64,000 bases of DNA from Octopus vulgaris (Eukaryota), in the NCBI GenBank assembly GCA_951406725.2, contig OX597824.1, positions 49,414,001 to 49,478,000 on the forward strand, written 5' to 3'. Shown piece by piece: positions 14,972 to 29,115 of the stretch. The translations under genes and the position numbers were made by a program. The first letter of the stretch is position 1; each line of letters starts with the position of its first letter. Below the pieces are notes generated by a model. It searched no databases. It was not told where the DNA came from and saw nothing but the letters and a program-made list of their open reading frames with translations.

Positions 14972-16830
14972 CTGGTGTGTTATGTGTTAAGTGTTCCAAA
15001 AGTATAATTGGCAGAAAGAGAGCCTGCCAAATGTTAACCCAACTGAGGGACCAGTTATCTGAATTGACAGTACCTTGGTAGATAAAACGATTAAGGGAAT
15101 GAAGATAAGGAAAGCACCCAGCCCATCAGGAATCCTCACTGAAATGCTTAAAATATCTGGTGGTATAGGCTATGGTCTAATCACCTGTATTGTCAACCAG
15201 GTGGTACATGAAGGAGTCATACCCAATGACTGGTGTAGTAGTACCATAGTTAACTGTTACAAAGGTAAAGGTGATGCCTTAGATAGAAATAATTACAGAG
15301 GTATCAAATTGTTGGCTCAAGTGATAAAAGTTACGGAGAGGGTCATAGCCCAACTAATTAGGGAAAGAGTTAGTTTACATGAGATGCAGTTTGGTTTTAT
15401 GCCAGGGAGAAGCACCACTGATGCTATATTTCTAGTAAAAAAGCTGCAGGAGAAATACCTCGCCAAAAATAAAGCCTTGATCCCTTATCTGGTGGTCAAT
15501 GCAGAAACTAAGGATAGATGAGTGGTTGAAGAGAGCTGTACAAGCTATGTACAGGGATGCTGTCAGTGAGGTGAAAATTGGCAACAAGTATAGTGAAGAC
15601 TTCAGGATACAAGTAGGGGCTCACCAAGGATCGGTGCTCAGCACCTTGTTCATCATAGTCCTCCAGGCAATAACAGGAATTCAAGACAGGTTGCCCCTAG
15701 GAGCTCCTCTATGCTGATAGCCTTGCTCTTATAGCTGAATCACTACCAGAACTAGAGAAGTTTCAGGTGTGGAAGCAAGGTCTAGAATCAAAGGGCCTTA
15801 GAGTTAACCTAGCAAAAGCCAAAGTCTTAGTAAGTAGGAAAGCAGACAAATCACAAATCCCTTTAGGTAGATGGCCCTGCTTGATTTGTAGAAAAGGTGT
15901 ACGTAGAAACTCCATAAGAGATACCCAGTGTAAGCTATGAACACTTAAGAGGTGCAGCAATATCAGAGGAAAGTTAACAGGGAAAACAGTTTTTGTGTGT
16001 GGAAGGTGCACAGGTACAATTAACACTAAAAATGTTCAGGAACTAGATTCCATCATGTGCTGGGGGTGGAAAACTAGTAGTCAGTAGCTTCCTTTACCTA
16101 GGTGACCAGGTCAATAGTGGAGGTGGATGCTTTGAGAGCATAGCTGCTACATTACAAATAGCCTGGGCAAAGTTCAGAGAGCTCCTACCTCTGCTGGTAA
16201 TTATGGGCCTCTCTCTCAGAGTGAAAGACAGACTATGATGCCTGTGTGCAAACAGCCATGCTACGCGGCAGTGAAACATGGGCCGTAACTGCTGAGGACA
16301 CGTGTTGGTTTGAAAGGAATGAAGCTAGTATGCTTTGCTGTCACTGTGCATGTACAACAGAGTGTAAGTGTGTTGAGAGAAAAGCTGGGCATAAGAGGCA
16401 TCAGATGTGGTGCGCAAGAGAAATGACTGTACTGGTATGGTCATGTGATGCATATGGATGAGGATAGCTGTGTGAAGTGTTGCACTCTTATGGATGATAG
16501 AACATGTGGAAGAGGTATACACAGGAAGATATGAGATGGTGAAGCGCGATCTCCAAACGTTAGGCCTCATGGGGGCAATGACAAATGACCAAGACCTTTG
16601 GTGATATGCCATGCTTGAGAAGAGCCATCGAGCCAAGTGTGATTGTAGTCATGGCCAGTGCCGGTGTTGCGTAACTGGCCTGTTAAAAGCACCCTTCAAA
16701 CATTTAGTGGTATGCTGTGCTTGTGAAGATCTGTTGAGCCAAGTGAAATTGTAGTTGTGGCCGATACCTGACTGGCACCCGTGCTGGTGGCATGTAAAAA
16801 GCACCATTGAAGCATTGAGCCTCATGGAGA
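14972..16830 (+). mobile_element. Degenerate RTE LINE inside the SmD2 intron
   Basis: KAPSPSGI...IPNDWCSSTIVNCYKGKGDALDRNNYRGI...QFGFMPGRSTTDAIF; several frameshifts. Confidence 0.92.
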
Positions 16831-17195
16831 CAGTGGCAGGTGACTTTTTTTTTTTTTTGTAATGTCAGCAAATTGCTATGTATTCATAAACTGCAGCCAC
16901 AACCGCCACATAAATTACAATACTACTATGAATCACAAAACCAACAACCACAATAACATCAGCACAACAACACTATCTGCATCGTCAACAGTAATACCAC
17001 AACACCAACACCAGCATAGAAACACTAACACAATACATGTAAACAAACAGATTAATAGTATTTTAGCCCCAGGTCAGTAATGACAGCGTAGACCTTAAGG
17101 TATGTCAGCACATAATGATCAACCTGTCAAACTGAGATGCATATGTCTGTATAAAATACCCGTAGGTTTATTTTGTCTTTTGTTTTCTGTTGTAG

Positions 17196-17370
17196 ACATT
17201 GCAATATGGTCTTAGAGAATGTAAAGGAAATGTGGACAGAAGTACCAAAGACTGGTAAAGGTAAAAAGAAGTCAAAGCCCGTTAACAAAGATCGGTATAT
17301 TTCCAAAATGTTTTTGCGTGGAGATTCTGTTATATTAGTGCTGAGAAATCCTCTTGCTGGACCTAAATAG
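17196..17370 (+). CDS. SNRPD2: Sm D2, last coding exon
   Basis: tgttgtag acceptor, phase-compatible with the previous exon (AG+A = Arg); [57 protein letters not shown]. Confidence 0.97.
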
Positions 17371-17470
17371 ACACATTCACAAATATTTGTATATCATGAA
17401 TAGATCATACCTTTTATTTTAATTTTTTTTTTTGCAATCATTTTCACATTTAAATATTTTATCCATATCT

Positions 17471-17476
17471 AATAAA
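17471..17476 (+). promoter_or_regulatory. Candidate polyadenylation signal of SmD2
   Basis: AATAAA 100 nt after the stop codon, followed by a T/GT-rich stretch. Confidence 0.55.
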
Positions 17477-17905
17477 ATGTGCTGTTTTTAATTTTTATTG
17501 TTGCTGTTCATAATTTCCATTTTTTTTTTTTTTATTACAAAAAAAAAACTGCTAAGTCTTGTGCCTTAGTTATTAAATGTAGAAAGCAGTTATACACCAT
17601 GGCTTTGAGAAAAAAAACCTCCTTATTGTACAAGACGTGGAGAAACCCTACTGGGACATTTTTCAAATTTTCTTAACTTTTTTTTCATACATTTCAAAAA
17701 ATATCTCTTTACAGAGCAAAAATCAAATAATTTTACCCACAAGAGATACTGAAAAAGTTTTGCAGAAGATATCAGTTCTATTTTTTGGTTGATGATTAAC
17801 ATCATTGTGGTAATGACCATGAAATTTAATTATACAGCCAAAGGATTAAAGGAATACCTCCTCTGCATTAACCAGTCAACATAGGGTACCAATGAATAGA
17901 AATAT

Positions 17906-19442
17906 ACCGTAAAAATCCATGTAATTTGGGCATTTGTGTAATTTATGCACGTGATTTTCAGGATAAAAATTGTTTAAAAAAAAAGCTTCTACTTGTGTAA
18001 AATTCACACCCAAAGGTTTTCAGAATTGCCAGTATGGCCAGAGGAAAAAGGTTTTCAATTTAGTTGTATTTAGCATAATTTCACTTATAATTAGATTTTA
18101 TTAAATTTTCATTAAATCAAAATAATTTCTGTTTAACAGGTATCACATTGAAAGCTATTAAATTACGAAGTGTTTGTGTTTATAATAAACTTCATTTTAC
18201 ATTTCTTGCTCACAAGAGATTATGTCCAATCTTTAGCATACTTCTGTATGTCTTCTCAAATCACAATCACTGGAAAAATTGTTGATAATTCTTATCAACA
18301 AAAACAAAGCTGATAAATATGCACAAGTATTGCAAAATAAGTTTAATTACCAATAAACATCATCTTGGACAATACTCAGTCGACAGAGGAAAGTGACCGA
18401 TCAAATTGTTAATGTAAACAGAATTATGATTGGTCTGAAAGTGTCTTCTCTCAAGCTCTGATTTTCTGCCTATTCTTGTCAAAACCTTTGATACAGAGTA
18501 TCAAAATTTTAATCCCTTTCACACTTATAAAATGTCAAACAAACTTTAAAATTTGTCATTACCATTTTAGCCAGAAGACCAAACTGACAGTTTGGTAACT
18601 CGCTAAAATAAACATTAAAAATCAAAAGAGGAAAATAAACAGCTTTGCAAGTTCAACTCAGTGTTCTCTAAACAAGAGAGGTGCGAAATTTAAGAAGCGA
18701 CTTGTTAGAATATACACATCTGTGAAGAGACATAAACGAGAATAGCAAAAATCTACTATACCAAAAGAACTGGTAATACATACATTACAAGTGTTCTATG
18801 AAGAAAACATAAGATTACTGCATAATTGAACATGAATGTGAAACGACATTAAACATTGTATAAGGTAAATGGAGCTTTCTATAGGAACACTGTCATATTC
18901 ACGTACGCAAAGATGCATTATGGTGTTGTCATCAGCATTAGATGCAGTAAGAGCTGGTAGCGGTGATGAATTTCATTGTCCTAATACAGAAAGCGAGCAA
19001 TAGCTTCCTGGAGGCAAACGCAAGCTAGACTTCTTAAGTAGAGAAAAACTGATTTATTTAAGGAAATTGCTGGACTCCATTGTGATAGGTAGGAACTCCA
19101 AGCAATGTAAAATATGGCCTGGACCATGATTACCAGCATGAACGTCAAACTTCAAAAAGTAGTTAACCATTTAATGGTTTTAGTAAATTCATACAGAAAA
19201 AGTAAGCATTATACTGTCCAGCATGAATAAAAGTCAACTTCATTATATTTTTTCTGTAAAAACCTATTTTGACATTAAATGAGTCTACTTCCAGTAAGAA
19301 TGCTTACATTTGTATGTCCTTTTTCATAAAAAAAAAATTTTTAAGATTCTGGAAACGATCTACTCATGTAATTTACACACCTGCTAAAGTTTATTTTTGT
19401 TTTTGCGAAAAAATATGCGTAAATTACATGGGTTTTTACAGT
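17906..19442. mobile_element. TIR DNA transposon remnant (pogo/Tc1-like)
   Basis: Terminal inverted repeats accgtaaaaatccatgtaattt / aaattacatgggtttttacagt in TA context; no intact ORF. Confidence 0.65.
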
Positions 19443-19444
19443 AT

Positions 19445-20462
19445 ATATTCTTTTACTTGTTTCAGTCATTTCACTGCGATCATGCTGGAGCACCACCTTA
19501 AAGGGTTTTAGTCAAAATTGACCCTAGGACTTATTCTTTGTAAGCCTAGTACTCATTCTATCAGTCTCTTTTGCCAAACCACTAAGTTACAGGGATGTAA
19601 ACACACCAACATCGGTTGTCAATCGATGGTGGGAGAAAAATGAAGACATGCATATACATATATAAGAGGATGTACACAAAAGTAACCAGAAACGTTCTCT
19701 GTGAGACAAACCCATTGCAGTTCAGGCTTCTACCACTTAATGCGGCCCTCAGGCATCAGTCTACTGACCAGTGGCAGCATGTGTGTGGTCATACTGCAAT
19801 GTGGTGTGTCTTTAATTTGCAGTGCTTTTCCCCTGTTCATTGATTTTTGTGATAGTTGAAACAAAGGAACAGCATGCTTCCACAAGCTTGATATGACTAG
19901 TGTGTCCTGGAGCTCCTGACAATGAATTTTGAGTGAGGAATTGCAAATGAAAAGAGTTGCAGCAAAAATTTGTGCCTCACTTGTTCATGAAAGATGAAAA
20001 GCAGCCATGACTGTCATGAACTCAAAGAACAGTTGGAAGTAGATTTGGACCTTTTCCCAAAGGTCATCACTGGTGACGAAAGCTATTGCTATAGAATTTG
20101 CAGATGTGGAAGAGATGAAGAAAAAAAAGGCATCATTTCACAAGAGTTCCAGCACTGCTTCAAACAGTTGAAAATTTGTCTGGACTGATGCATTGCTTCA
20201 AATAGAGAATACTTTGAAGGCAATAAAAGTGTAAACATGTAAAACTAAGTGTATAAAATAACATGGCAAGATTCTGGTTTCTTTTGAGTACCCCCTTGTA
20301 TATACAATGAGCTTCTTTCAATTTCCATCTACCAAATCTACTCACACAGCTTTGGTCAGCCCATGGCTATAGTAGAAGACACTTGCCGAAGGTGTCACGC
20401 AGTGGGACTGAACCCAAAACTATGTGGTTGGTAAGCAAGCTGCTTACCACACAGCCACGCCT
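19445..20462 (-). mobile_element. SINE family A split by an internally deleted mariner remnant (about 19665-20300)
   Basis: SINE 3' half at 19445-19650 and 5' half at 20305-20462; the insert encodes KVITGDES and FQHCFKQ. Confidence 0.75.
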
Positions 20463-22479
20463 ATGTAGGAGAATTTGTTTGGGGGTTTGAAAATGCACCT
20501 AAATCTCTAAACATGTAATGGTTTTTAAATTTTGTAATAGATTTATTCAAAAGCAAAAAACCAGCTTCAACGCTTTGGTTTATCAATGGTAAAAAGCAAA
20601 TAAATAAAGGGTTTAGGAGAGTTTAAATTTACTAGGGAAAATTCAGAAAAACATGTTTAAAGAGCAAATGTTCATAGAAATTTCAGTTAGTTTCACAGAG
20701 ATAGCAACATAAATCGAAGTGTTTGATGAAGATCATAGCAAATATACATGATTGAAAGTTCAATTGTTTCAATTTTTTATAAAGACAAACCAGATAGACA
20801 CAAAATAAATAACACTTTACCACATTGCTACAATTTTGATACTAGCTGGTTTTAACATGTTTAATGAAAATATGCCTATTCAATAACTCACAGGTGTCTT
20901 ACAGAGGGGGCATTAGAGGAGGTGATCCAGTATCAAATCATGAAAAGTTAGAGTGTAACAGGGAAATAGAGAAGCAGAAATAGGTGTCTTGCTATAGAGG
21001 AGACACATGGTTACCAAGTGAGAGAGGTACAAGAAAGAGACCAGAAACAAGTGTGCCGATGTAAAGGAGATACTTGGTTACCTAGTCAGAGGAAAAACAA
21101 GAGAAAGAGAGAGAGAGTGACCAAAGGGAAACAGAGAGTATGAAACAGCAAACGTGTAAGAGAGATGGTGTAGTACTATAGAATATACTCACAAGTAACA
21201 AGAATATGAGCGTAGAACCTGGTTAGAAAAATAGAGTGTGGGTGTGAGGAACAGCAATTTAGTGAGCAGGGCAGTGAAGGCAAGAAAGGGGAAACAATCA
21301 TAGTTTATGAAGAGAAAGATGCAGTTAAAAGAGTTGTAGTTCAATTTCTTTGGGTAGAGTGGGTGGGACACAACTCTTCTAGCACTCAGTTTCATGGACA
21401 CCTCCAAACATCTTGGTTCACTGTCACTTCCACCACGAGCCCTAACATCCTAAGATCAGTCCTCACCACTTCATCGCATGTCTTCCAGGGTCACTCTTCT
21501 ACAGGTACCATCCGCTTTCAGTGACAGGTACTTCTGTATACAGCTGTCTTCACTCATATGTATCACATGTCCAAACCAATGCATTCTCCTCTCCTGCATA
21601 CCACATTTAATCCCTCTAATGACATAAATACACCCATATACCCATGTATACAGACACACATATATGAACATGCAGTCCACACAGAGGTACACATAGCTGT
21701 AAATATATATACATATATACCCATAATCATATACATATACATCCATACTAACACATATACATAATGAGGTTCACATAAGTACATACAGACACTTACATGG
21801 TAAACTGACAGGCATACACACTCAAAAAATGGATACAAAGATGGGAGACCTCTACACACAGACCAGTACAATTACCAGTATATATATATATAATCATCAC
21901 CATCATCATCATCATCCAGTGTTTTAATTTGGGTTTTGTCCCTATTTACGGAGGTGGCTGGATCTACTTCAATGCCATAGCAACCGAGGTAGGCAGGTGC
22001 AGCTGGTGTCCATACTCCTTTGCTATCATGAAGCTTTATATATATATATATATATATATCATCACCATCATCATCATTTAACATCCATTTTCCATGTTGG
22101 CATGGGTTGGATGATTCGACTGGAGCTGGTACAGTCAGGAGCCATACTAGGTTCCATTTGACTGTTCTGGTTTCTATAGCTGAATGCCCTTTCTAATGCC
22201 AACCAATCTACAAAGTGTACTGCATGCTGTACATCAGCCCCAGTGCTTTTGATATGGCACCTGCACACAGTATCAATTCTGCTGTGGTGGAGAGGTCTTC
22301 TTAACTACAGCAATGCACCATCTCCTTAATTATCTACTTCATAAGGCTTAGTGTCTTGAGATCAGCCTTCAATACTTCATCTTATGTCTTTCTGGACCTC
22401 CCTTCTCTACAAGTGCCATCCCCTTTAAGTGATTGGCATTTCTGTATGCAACTATCTACATCCATATATATATATACTC

Positions 22480-22872
22480 TTTACTCTTTTACTTGTTTCA
22501 GTCATTTGACTGCGGCCATGCTGGAGCACTACCTTTTAGTTGAGCAAATCGACCCCGGGACTTATTCTTTGTAAGCCCAGTACTTATTCTATCGGTCTCT
22601 TTTGCCGAACCGCTAAGTGACGGGGATGTAAACACACCAGCATCGGTTGTCAAGCAATGCTAGGGGGACAAACACAGACACACAAACACACACATACATA
22701 TATATATATATATACATATATACGACAGGCTTCTTTTCAGTTTCCGTCTACCAAATCCACTCACAAGGCATTGGTCGGCCCGGGGCTATAGCAGAAGACA
22801 CTTGCCCAAGATGCCATGCAGTGGGACTGAACCCGGAACCATGTGGTTGGTTAGCAAGCTACTTACCACACA
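22480..22872 (-). mobile_element. tRNA-derived SINE, family A
   Basis: Near-consensus copy. Confidence 0.9.
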
Positions 22873-23289
22873 TATATATATCAGTAATAATCTTATATTC
22901 AGGAATATGCTTTGTAGTATGGTGGTAAATTCCACTGGATTTACTTCAGGAATTCTTTTGTGTTCATAAACTTTATAAAAAATATGAGAGAAAGAAAATG
23001 GAATTCATGAGACTCTTTATTCAGATCACTATGGTCATTTTGACCCATCATGCACAGGTACTACAATTGTCATGCATTGTAGGTGCAGACGTGTCCCCTC
23101 AGCTGACTTCTCAAAAAGTGCTTCGCTTTTCATTTGTCATTTCACTTATTTCTATAACAATGCATTTTGATAATTACAGCATACTCTGTGTCTCCATAAG
23201 GTACTAAGATATAATGAAGAATTCTTCTCATATAAGCATATATGTATGTATGTAATGTTGTTTTTTGTAGAAGGCTTTAAAGAAATGAA

Positions 23290-23950
23290 AAAAACAAGGT
23301 ACCAATTTAATCAACTATGTATTCTGCATCTGAATCAATAACATTCTTCCAATACTGTAAAAGGTTTTCCATACCAATCCTATGGAAACCAGCTGGCTTG
23401 GAAGAGAAAAACTCTTGAAGGTTCGTTTCAAGAGCCTCTAAGGAATTGCATTCTTTTCCATCGATAAATTTTTGCAAGCTTCTGAATAAATGATAATCCA
23501 AAGGAGCAAGGTCAGGAGAATACAGGGGATGTGGAAGTCTTTCCCATCCTAGCTCCTCAATCTTAGCACATGTGATTCTTGTACTATGAGGTTTGGCATT
23601 GTCATGATGGAAAATGAAACCCTTTCGATTGACTATTAGAAGAAATCCATATGCAACTGTTGAAGAGTTAGTCGAAGAGGTTAATTCATCATCGCCAATT
23701 GTCCATTGCCATTAGCAAGGAGTTGGAATCGTGTCAAAGCTTGGCAAGTGGGTTCCACATGAACTGAGTGAAAACAATTGAAGAGACTGTGTCAATATCT
23801 GCACTGCTCTTTATTCAAGAGAGAAAAAACTCCATTTTTTAACAGCTTAGTGACCAGTGATGAAAAGTAGGTACTCTATAAGAATGCTAAGTGCCAACGT
23901 TAATGGGTTCAACCAGGACAACAAACAACACTCCATCCAAAACATATGGA
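23290..23950. mobile_element. Mariner fragments in opposite orientations
   Basis: Minus strand: HHDNAKPH...PYSPDLAPLDYHLFRSLQ; plus strand: KLGKWVPHELSE and an LVTSDEK-like motif. Confidence 0.8.
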
Positions 23951-23959
23951 TTTCTTCTA

Positions 23960-25700
23960 ATAGTGATTTTCAATACATCATTATCAAAAGGGACAGTATA
24001 TTTAGAACAGTGAAAATCTTCCAAACTAAAGTCCCTTGTCAAAATTTATGTGCTTCAAGTGCTTTTTTTCATTTGCAGATTGTTGAACTGGCGGGGAATA
24101 TTCTGATGGATGATGTTGTTTGCTTCCATGTTCTTTGGATTGCATGTTGATACATTAGACAAAGTTTTAAGTGTATCAGGGGGTGGTTTCTTGTTTTTTG
24201 TAATTTTTAGATGTCTGTTGTTTTGCACATTCTATTCTATTTTTGATTAAACTAACTGGGTTTTTTCTTTGTAGTAATGTATTTTTAAGTTCTTGATGCC
24301 AAATTAAAAGGTGTATTGATTTAAGTATGCTTTGGATGGCAAGAAGAGAATAGTTGATATTGTTTTGAGTCTGTTGGTTTAAAGTGGATGTTGGTTTCTA
24401 TGTTAGTACTCCTTTTATGATTAAAATGTCCAGAAAGGATAGCTGTTTGTGACTGCATTCCATTGTAAATTGGATACTGTCGTTAATGTTGTTAATTAAG
24501 TTTTTTTAAATTCCAAGAGTTGATCAAGGTTATGTGACCACAGAATGAAACAGTCATCCAGGTAGCATTTCCAGCTGGTGAGTAAATATTTTTGGAAGTT
24601 GTCACCAAGTTTCAGTCTGGTGTGTTCATACATTTGGACTTCCAAGTATGCCATGACAAGGTTAGCAAAAGTGGGGATTACCCTCGTTCCTATTGCAGTC
24701 ACAGATTTTCGGCTGTAGCTCTTTTTGTTGAAGTTAAAAAAGTTATTCTGTAGGATGAATTTTAGTCCCTCAATGATGAATCCTCTTCCAATTCGATTAG
24801 GAATGTCATTTGGGAATTTTTCCAGCCAGAATTATATAGCTTCTATTCTGTATTCATGAGACCAAAAGAGAGTCCATGTTGGTTTTGCTCAAGTGGTGGT
24901 TTAAAAAGCCCAGGTCATCTCTTATGAAGCTTGGTTCAGTATATGCTGGAGAATAGGCTTTAGGAGGATGTCAATGAAGTTACTGAGTCTGTGTGTCTCA
25001 CAGGAATGACCATAAGTGACCTCATTTTGAGATCTCTTGGATGTGAAATACTAACAACTAAAGAAGTCGATCTTCTACAGGCTTTATTTATGGTTTCACT
25101 TTTGTGAAATTTTGCAAGTCCATAAAAGTTGCAGCTTTGCAGTCAGATCTAGTTTCCTTTTCCTTTAAATCTTGTTGGAACTGATGGATAAAGATGGTAA
25201 ACTTTTCCCTTATTTTGGCTTGACAATAGTTGTTGATTTTTTTCATAGTGGGTATTGGCTTGAAGGAGGGTTAGGGTAGTGTTTATGTATTGTTCTGAGT
25301 CCATGACTACAGTACTCCCTTTATCATCTTCTTTTATAACTATATTATGGTCATCCATAACATTATTAATGATTTTTCATTCTTCTCAGCTTGTATTTGT
25401 TTTAAATTTTTGAGGTGGGACTAAATTATTGGGGAAATTGGATGCCAAATCACAAAATTTATCCAAAGTTTGGTTTCTCACTTTTTGTTGGAGAGTAGTT
25501 GGTTTTATTATGAAGTATTGAGTAATCATTAATCTCTTTATCAAATAGTTCTTCATTAACTTGAAGTTTTCTACAGAATTCCTGGATATCATTCTGTAAC
25601 TAATTTAAATTCAATTTTTGTAGTGTTGGAATGAACTTCAATTCTTTTGAGAGAATTTTGGTTTGTTGGCTTGATAGAGTTTTACATGAGAGAATTATAA
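23960..25700 (-). mobile_element. Penelope-like retroelement RT, decayed
   Basis: IVIKEDDKGSTVVMD, TAIGTRVIPTFANLVMAYLE and WKCYLDDCFILW are typical PLE RT motifs; stops and frameshifts. Confidence 0.88.
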
Positions 25701-25819
25701 TCCTCAGGATATTTGACGGTACACAGGCAACGTATCCAGGACCCTACACAACCAAGAAAATTCCCAGAATATACACACACACACACATATATATAGATAT
25801 ACAGATATATATATTTATG

Positions 25820-25868
<49 letters not shown>

Positions 25869-26185
25869 GTATGTATATATGCATATATATAACTAATTTA
25901 GAGATGAACCACCATTCCACAACTCAGTCAATGAATAACCCGTCCAAAACCATGCTGTGAGACATATACCATACACAATACTAATCTAAAATTTTAATAA
26001 TATATAATGTTGAACAGTAAGATTATTACAATCATAATATATAAGAGCAAATACTTTAAAATCACAGCGAATACCATACAAAAAACCATTCATCATAAAA
26101 ATATTAATCTAAAATCAAATAAAGTATAAATTGAACAATAAAAATTAATACAATAATATTATATATAAAAGTAAGTACTTGTACA

Positions 26186-26305
26186 TTGACTACATGCGTT
26201 TCATGGCTGAATTAGAACTATATAAAATCATATAAGAAACCATATCCAATTTCATTAGAATGGAAAAATTATTTTACTCCAAAAAGCAGTCACTCCTCAG
26301 GTTAA
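26186..26305 (-). ncRNA. Type I hammerhead ribozyme motif (C3:G8, long stem II)
   Basis: uuaac CUGAGGA gugacug...cagccau GAAA cgcau GUA gucaa. Confidence 0.7.
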
Positions 26306-27305
26306 ATTCTCCAAAAACCTAAAAACTAAAATTTTAACTTACCTCATAATATGATAGGGAATAAAAAAATAATAAGATACTAAAATAATAAGAAAATAAT
26401 AAAGAATAAAAATATATATAAAGAAACAAAACCTGTAAAGTAATCCCTAAATTGAAGACATTAATATTATTAAAAGTTACGTATTATAAAATTCAAATAG
26501 CGTATTATTGTGAACATGATTAATTCATTATGGAGAATGTAAATAAATGTAAATATGCGTTAGTGTATAAAGTTAATAAAAGATGTATGTCAATATTGTT
26601 TAGAATAGAGTTAAAAAATATGACTTATCTGCTGGCGAATTGCTGTAGATTAAACCGAGATAAGTGTACTTTAGCATTTATACCGAAAAGTCATGTGATA
26701 AATATGGCGTCCATTACCCAGAGATAAATACGTATTATATTTACTATAATATAGTAAAACAAACAGAGAAATGAGACATGCAACATAAAGAACCTTCCCT
26801 TCATCAGTTGCCCCTGTTTTATCTACTCTACATTTTGAAGGTAAGGACAAGACGTGACTTCATCAAAACAGTCCTTCCTGCAAAGTAAATTAAATAAAAT
26901 TTGGGGTCTATCTATCTCCCTCTCTTGTTCTTCTTCCTTTCTGTTTTTCTCTCCCACCATCTCCCTATTTTTCTCCTTTTCACTTCACCGTTCCCTCTCT
27001 CTCTCTTTCTCTCTCTCACTCTTCTTCCTTGACTCTCTCGTCACTCACACGTGACTAATGGCCATCCATCTTTCTTTCTTCCACTTCCTCCCTGAAGACA
27101 AGACGTGCTTTTATCTGTCTCTTATCAAAGCTCGTTTTTCCAGTGTTCACTACTTAACAGCCCTCACCATTTATTTTTACTACTTTTTTCTCACCATCCT
27201 GTTTTTGTTACCACTTTCACCCTCCGCAAAAAATCCCAAATTTTATTTAATTTGCTTTGCGGGAAGGACTGTTTTGATGAAGTCGAGTCTTGTCCTTATT
27301 ATAGA

Positions 27306-27703
27306 CTAGCAGTATCGCCCGGCGTTGCTCGGGTTTGTAAGGGAAATAACTATATAAACATTTTTAGAGTGTTATAGCCGAAAAATAGCAAAAAAATGCA
27401 TTAAAAATGGAAAAAAAATTAAGGTAAATTTTTTTTTTAAATCGTTGACACATCGTAGATATTTTTAGAGAGTTACTTCCCTTATATAATAGCGAAAAAA
27501 ATGCATTAAAATGGAAAAATATGATGGTAAATTTTTTTAAATTGTAGACTCATCGTAGACGCGCGCTAATACCCAGAAGGGCTCGATATGACTCACGACT
27601 TTAAGATACCCGGTTTTGGTGAAACTGCACCGCAAAATGTGGGAGTAGTTACGAATCTAAATCGTAGGAGACAGACACACAACTTCAGTTTTATATATAA
27701 AGA
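27306..27703 (-). mobile_element. Non-autonomous Helitron
   Basis: Minus strand starts TC (a|tctttatatataaaa) and ends with the cccgagcaacgccggg hairpin plus CTAG|t. Confidence 0.75.
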
Positions 27704-27811
27704 TATAAGCCACGTAGTTATATACACATACTTTGTTATATACACATTCTTAAAAGAAAATGTTATTTTGAACACAACATTTATAAAGAATAAAATATTT
27801 TTTGGTTTTTC

Positions 27812-28520
27812 TTAACCCTTTCGTTACTATAATTATTTTCTAACGTAATCATAAATTTAGTCTGGTTTCATTAAACAACAATAACTTTTTTATTTATCAA
27901 TATATTAACGTGAATTTTGGAAGATAATTTAATGAAATGTTCTCAACCAATTCTATACTATAATTTTTGTCACAAAGTGACTCTAATTGCAGGTAGATAC
28001 AGGTAAATTCAACAATATATAAAATTATTAAAATTTTGTTCAAACATCGCTATAGAAAATGGGTTATTAGCTAATATTCAATTGGGTATACAACAAAATT
28101 TTACGATAGAATTTGTTATTCTGGGTAACTTTCTGATACCCATAATAATATTTATGGCAAAATAGGCCTTAATTTCATTTAAGGTTGTGGGAAATAACAA
28201 ACTATCCTTTCTTTCGCTTTGTTTACGTTTAGCGTAACGGTTCGTTTTCGCCGTAATGATTTCAAATGGGCTCATTCGAAAAAGTAAAAGGAAATAGTCT
28301 AAGGCTTTACTCTTCTGGGAAAGTCTGTGGCTTGGTCCAGTTTCTTCAGAAAAATCACCGAAAGAAACAGTTTTTAAATTTTCACTCCATTCAGGTGCCA
28401 ATTCATTTTCTTTATTGCTGTCGGATTCACTGTTTTCACTTTAATCGTTGCACACTTGCAAAGAGAAAGGAGAAATTAGGGTGATAGCGTCAGTGAAACA
28501 GTTCGCTCCGTTTGTGTGTG
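27812..28520 (-). mobile_element. piggyBac-derived transposase remnant
   Basis: ttaacccttt end; ORF LDYFLLLF...TNRYAKRKQ...PTTLNEIKAYFAINIIMGI resembles the PGBD N-terminal region. Confidence 0.7.
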
Positions 28521-29115
28521 TGTGCGTGTGCGTGTGCTGTAGCCCACACTAAGAAAAGCATTTGACATACACACCACAATGTGAGTTTTCTCTAAATTTT
28601 GCTTAATTGGGGTTGAAATTTGAAAAACTCGACCAGGCACGACCCGATGCATTCTACTCTTAAAAATGCTAGGTAAATTGTAATTGAAGAAATCCTATAT
28701 TGTAGATTTCTATAAGAGACAAAGGGAGGCAGATAAAATCTGCCTTTTATAATAAGAGATATACATACACATATATAGATATATACATACATATATATAC
28801 ACATACACACACACACACACATACACACACACACACACATATACATATGTATATATATATGACGACTCTGGTTTCAATTTGAATCTCTTTAACAATTCAA
28901 AATAATGAATTTAATTCCTCTTAATTCTATTTCAGTTCATCTAATTGTATTTATTTATTTATTGCTACTTTTCATAAAAAAAGCCTTTAAATTTTTGATA
29001 TTCAATGTGATGTTCGCTTGCTTTCTTCTTACTTTCCCCATATCTTTTCCACGTGTAGTTTCTATTTTTTTAAAAACATATTTCTATTATATATGTATAC
29101 ATGCATATATATATA

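Noticed and set aside
28861-28945. Possible hammerhead half (minus: GAAAccagaGUC)
   Set aside because: No matching core box or stem I
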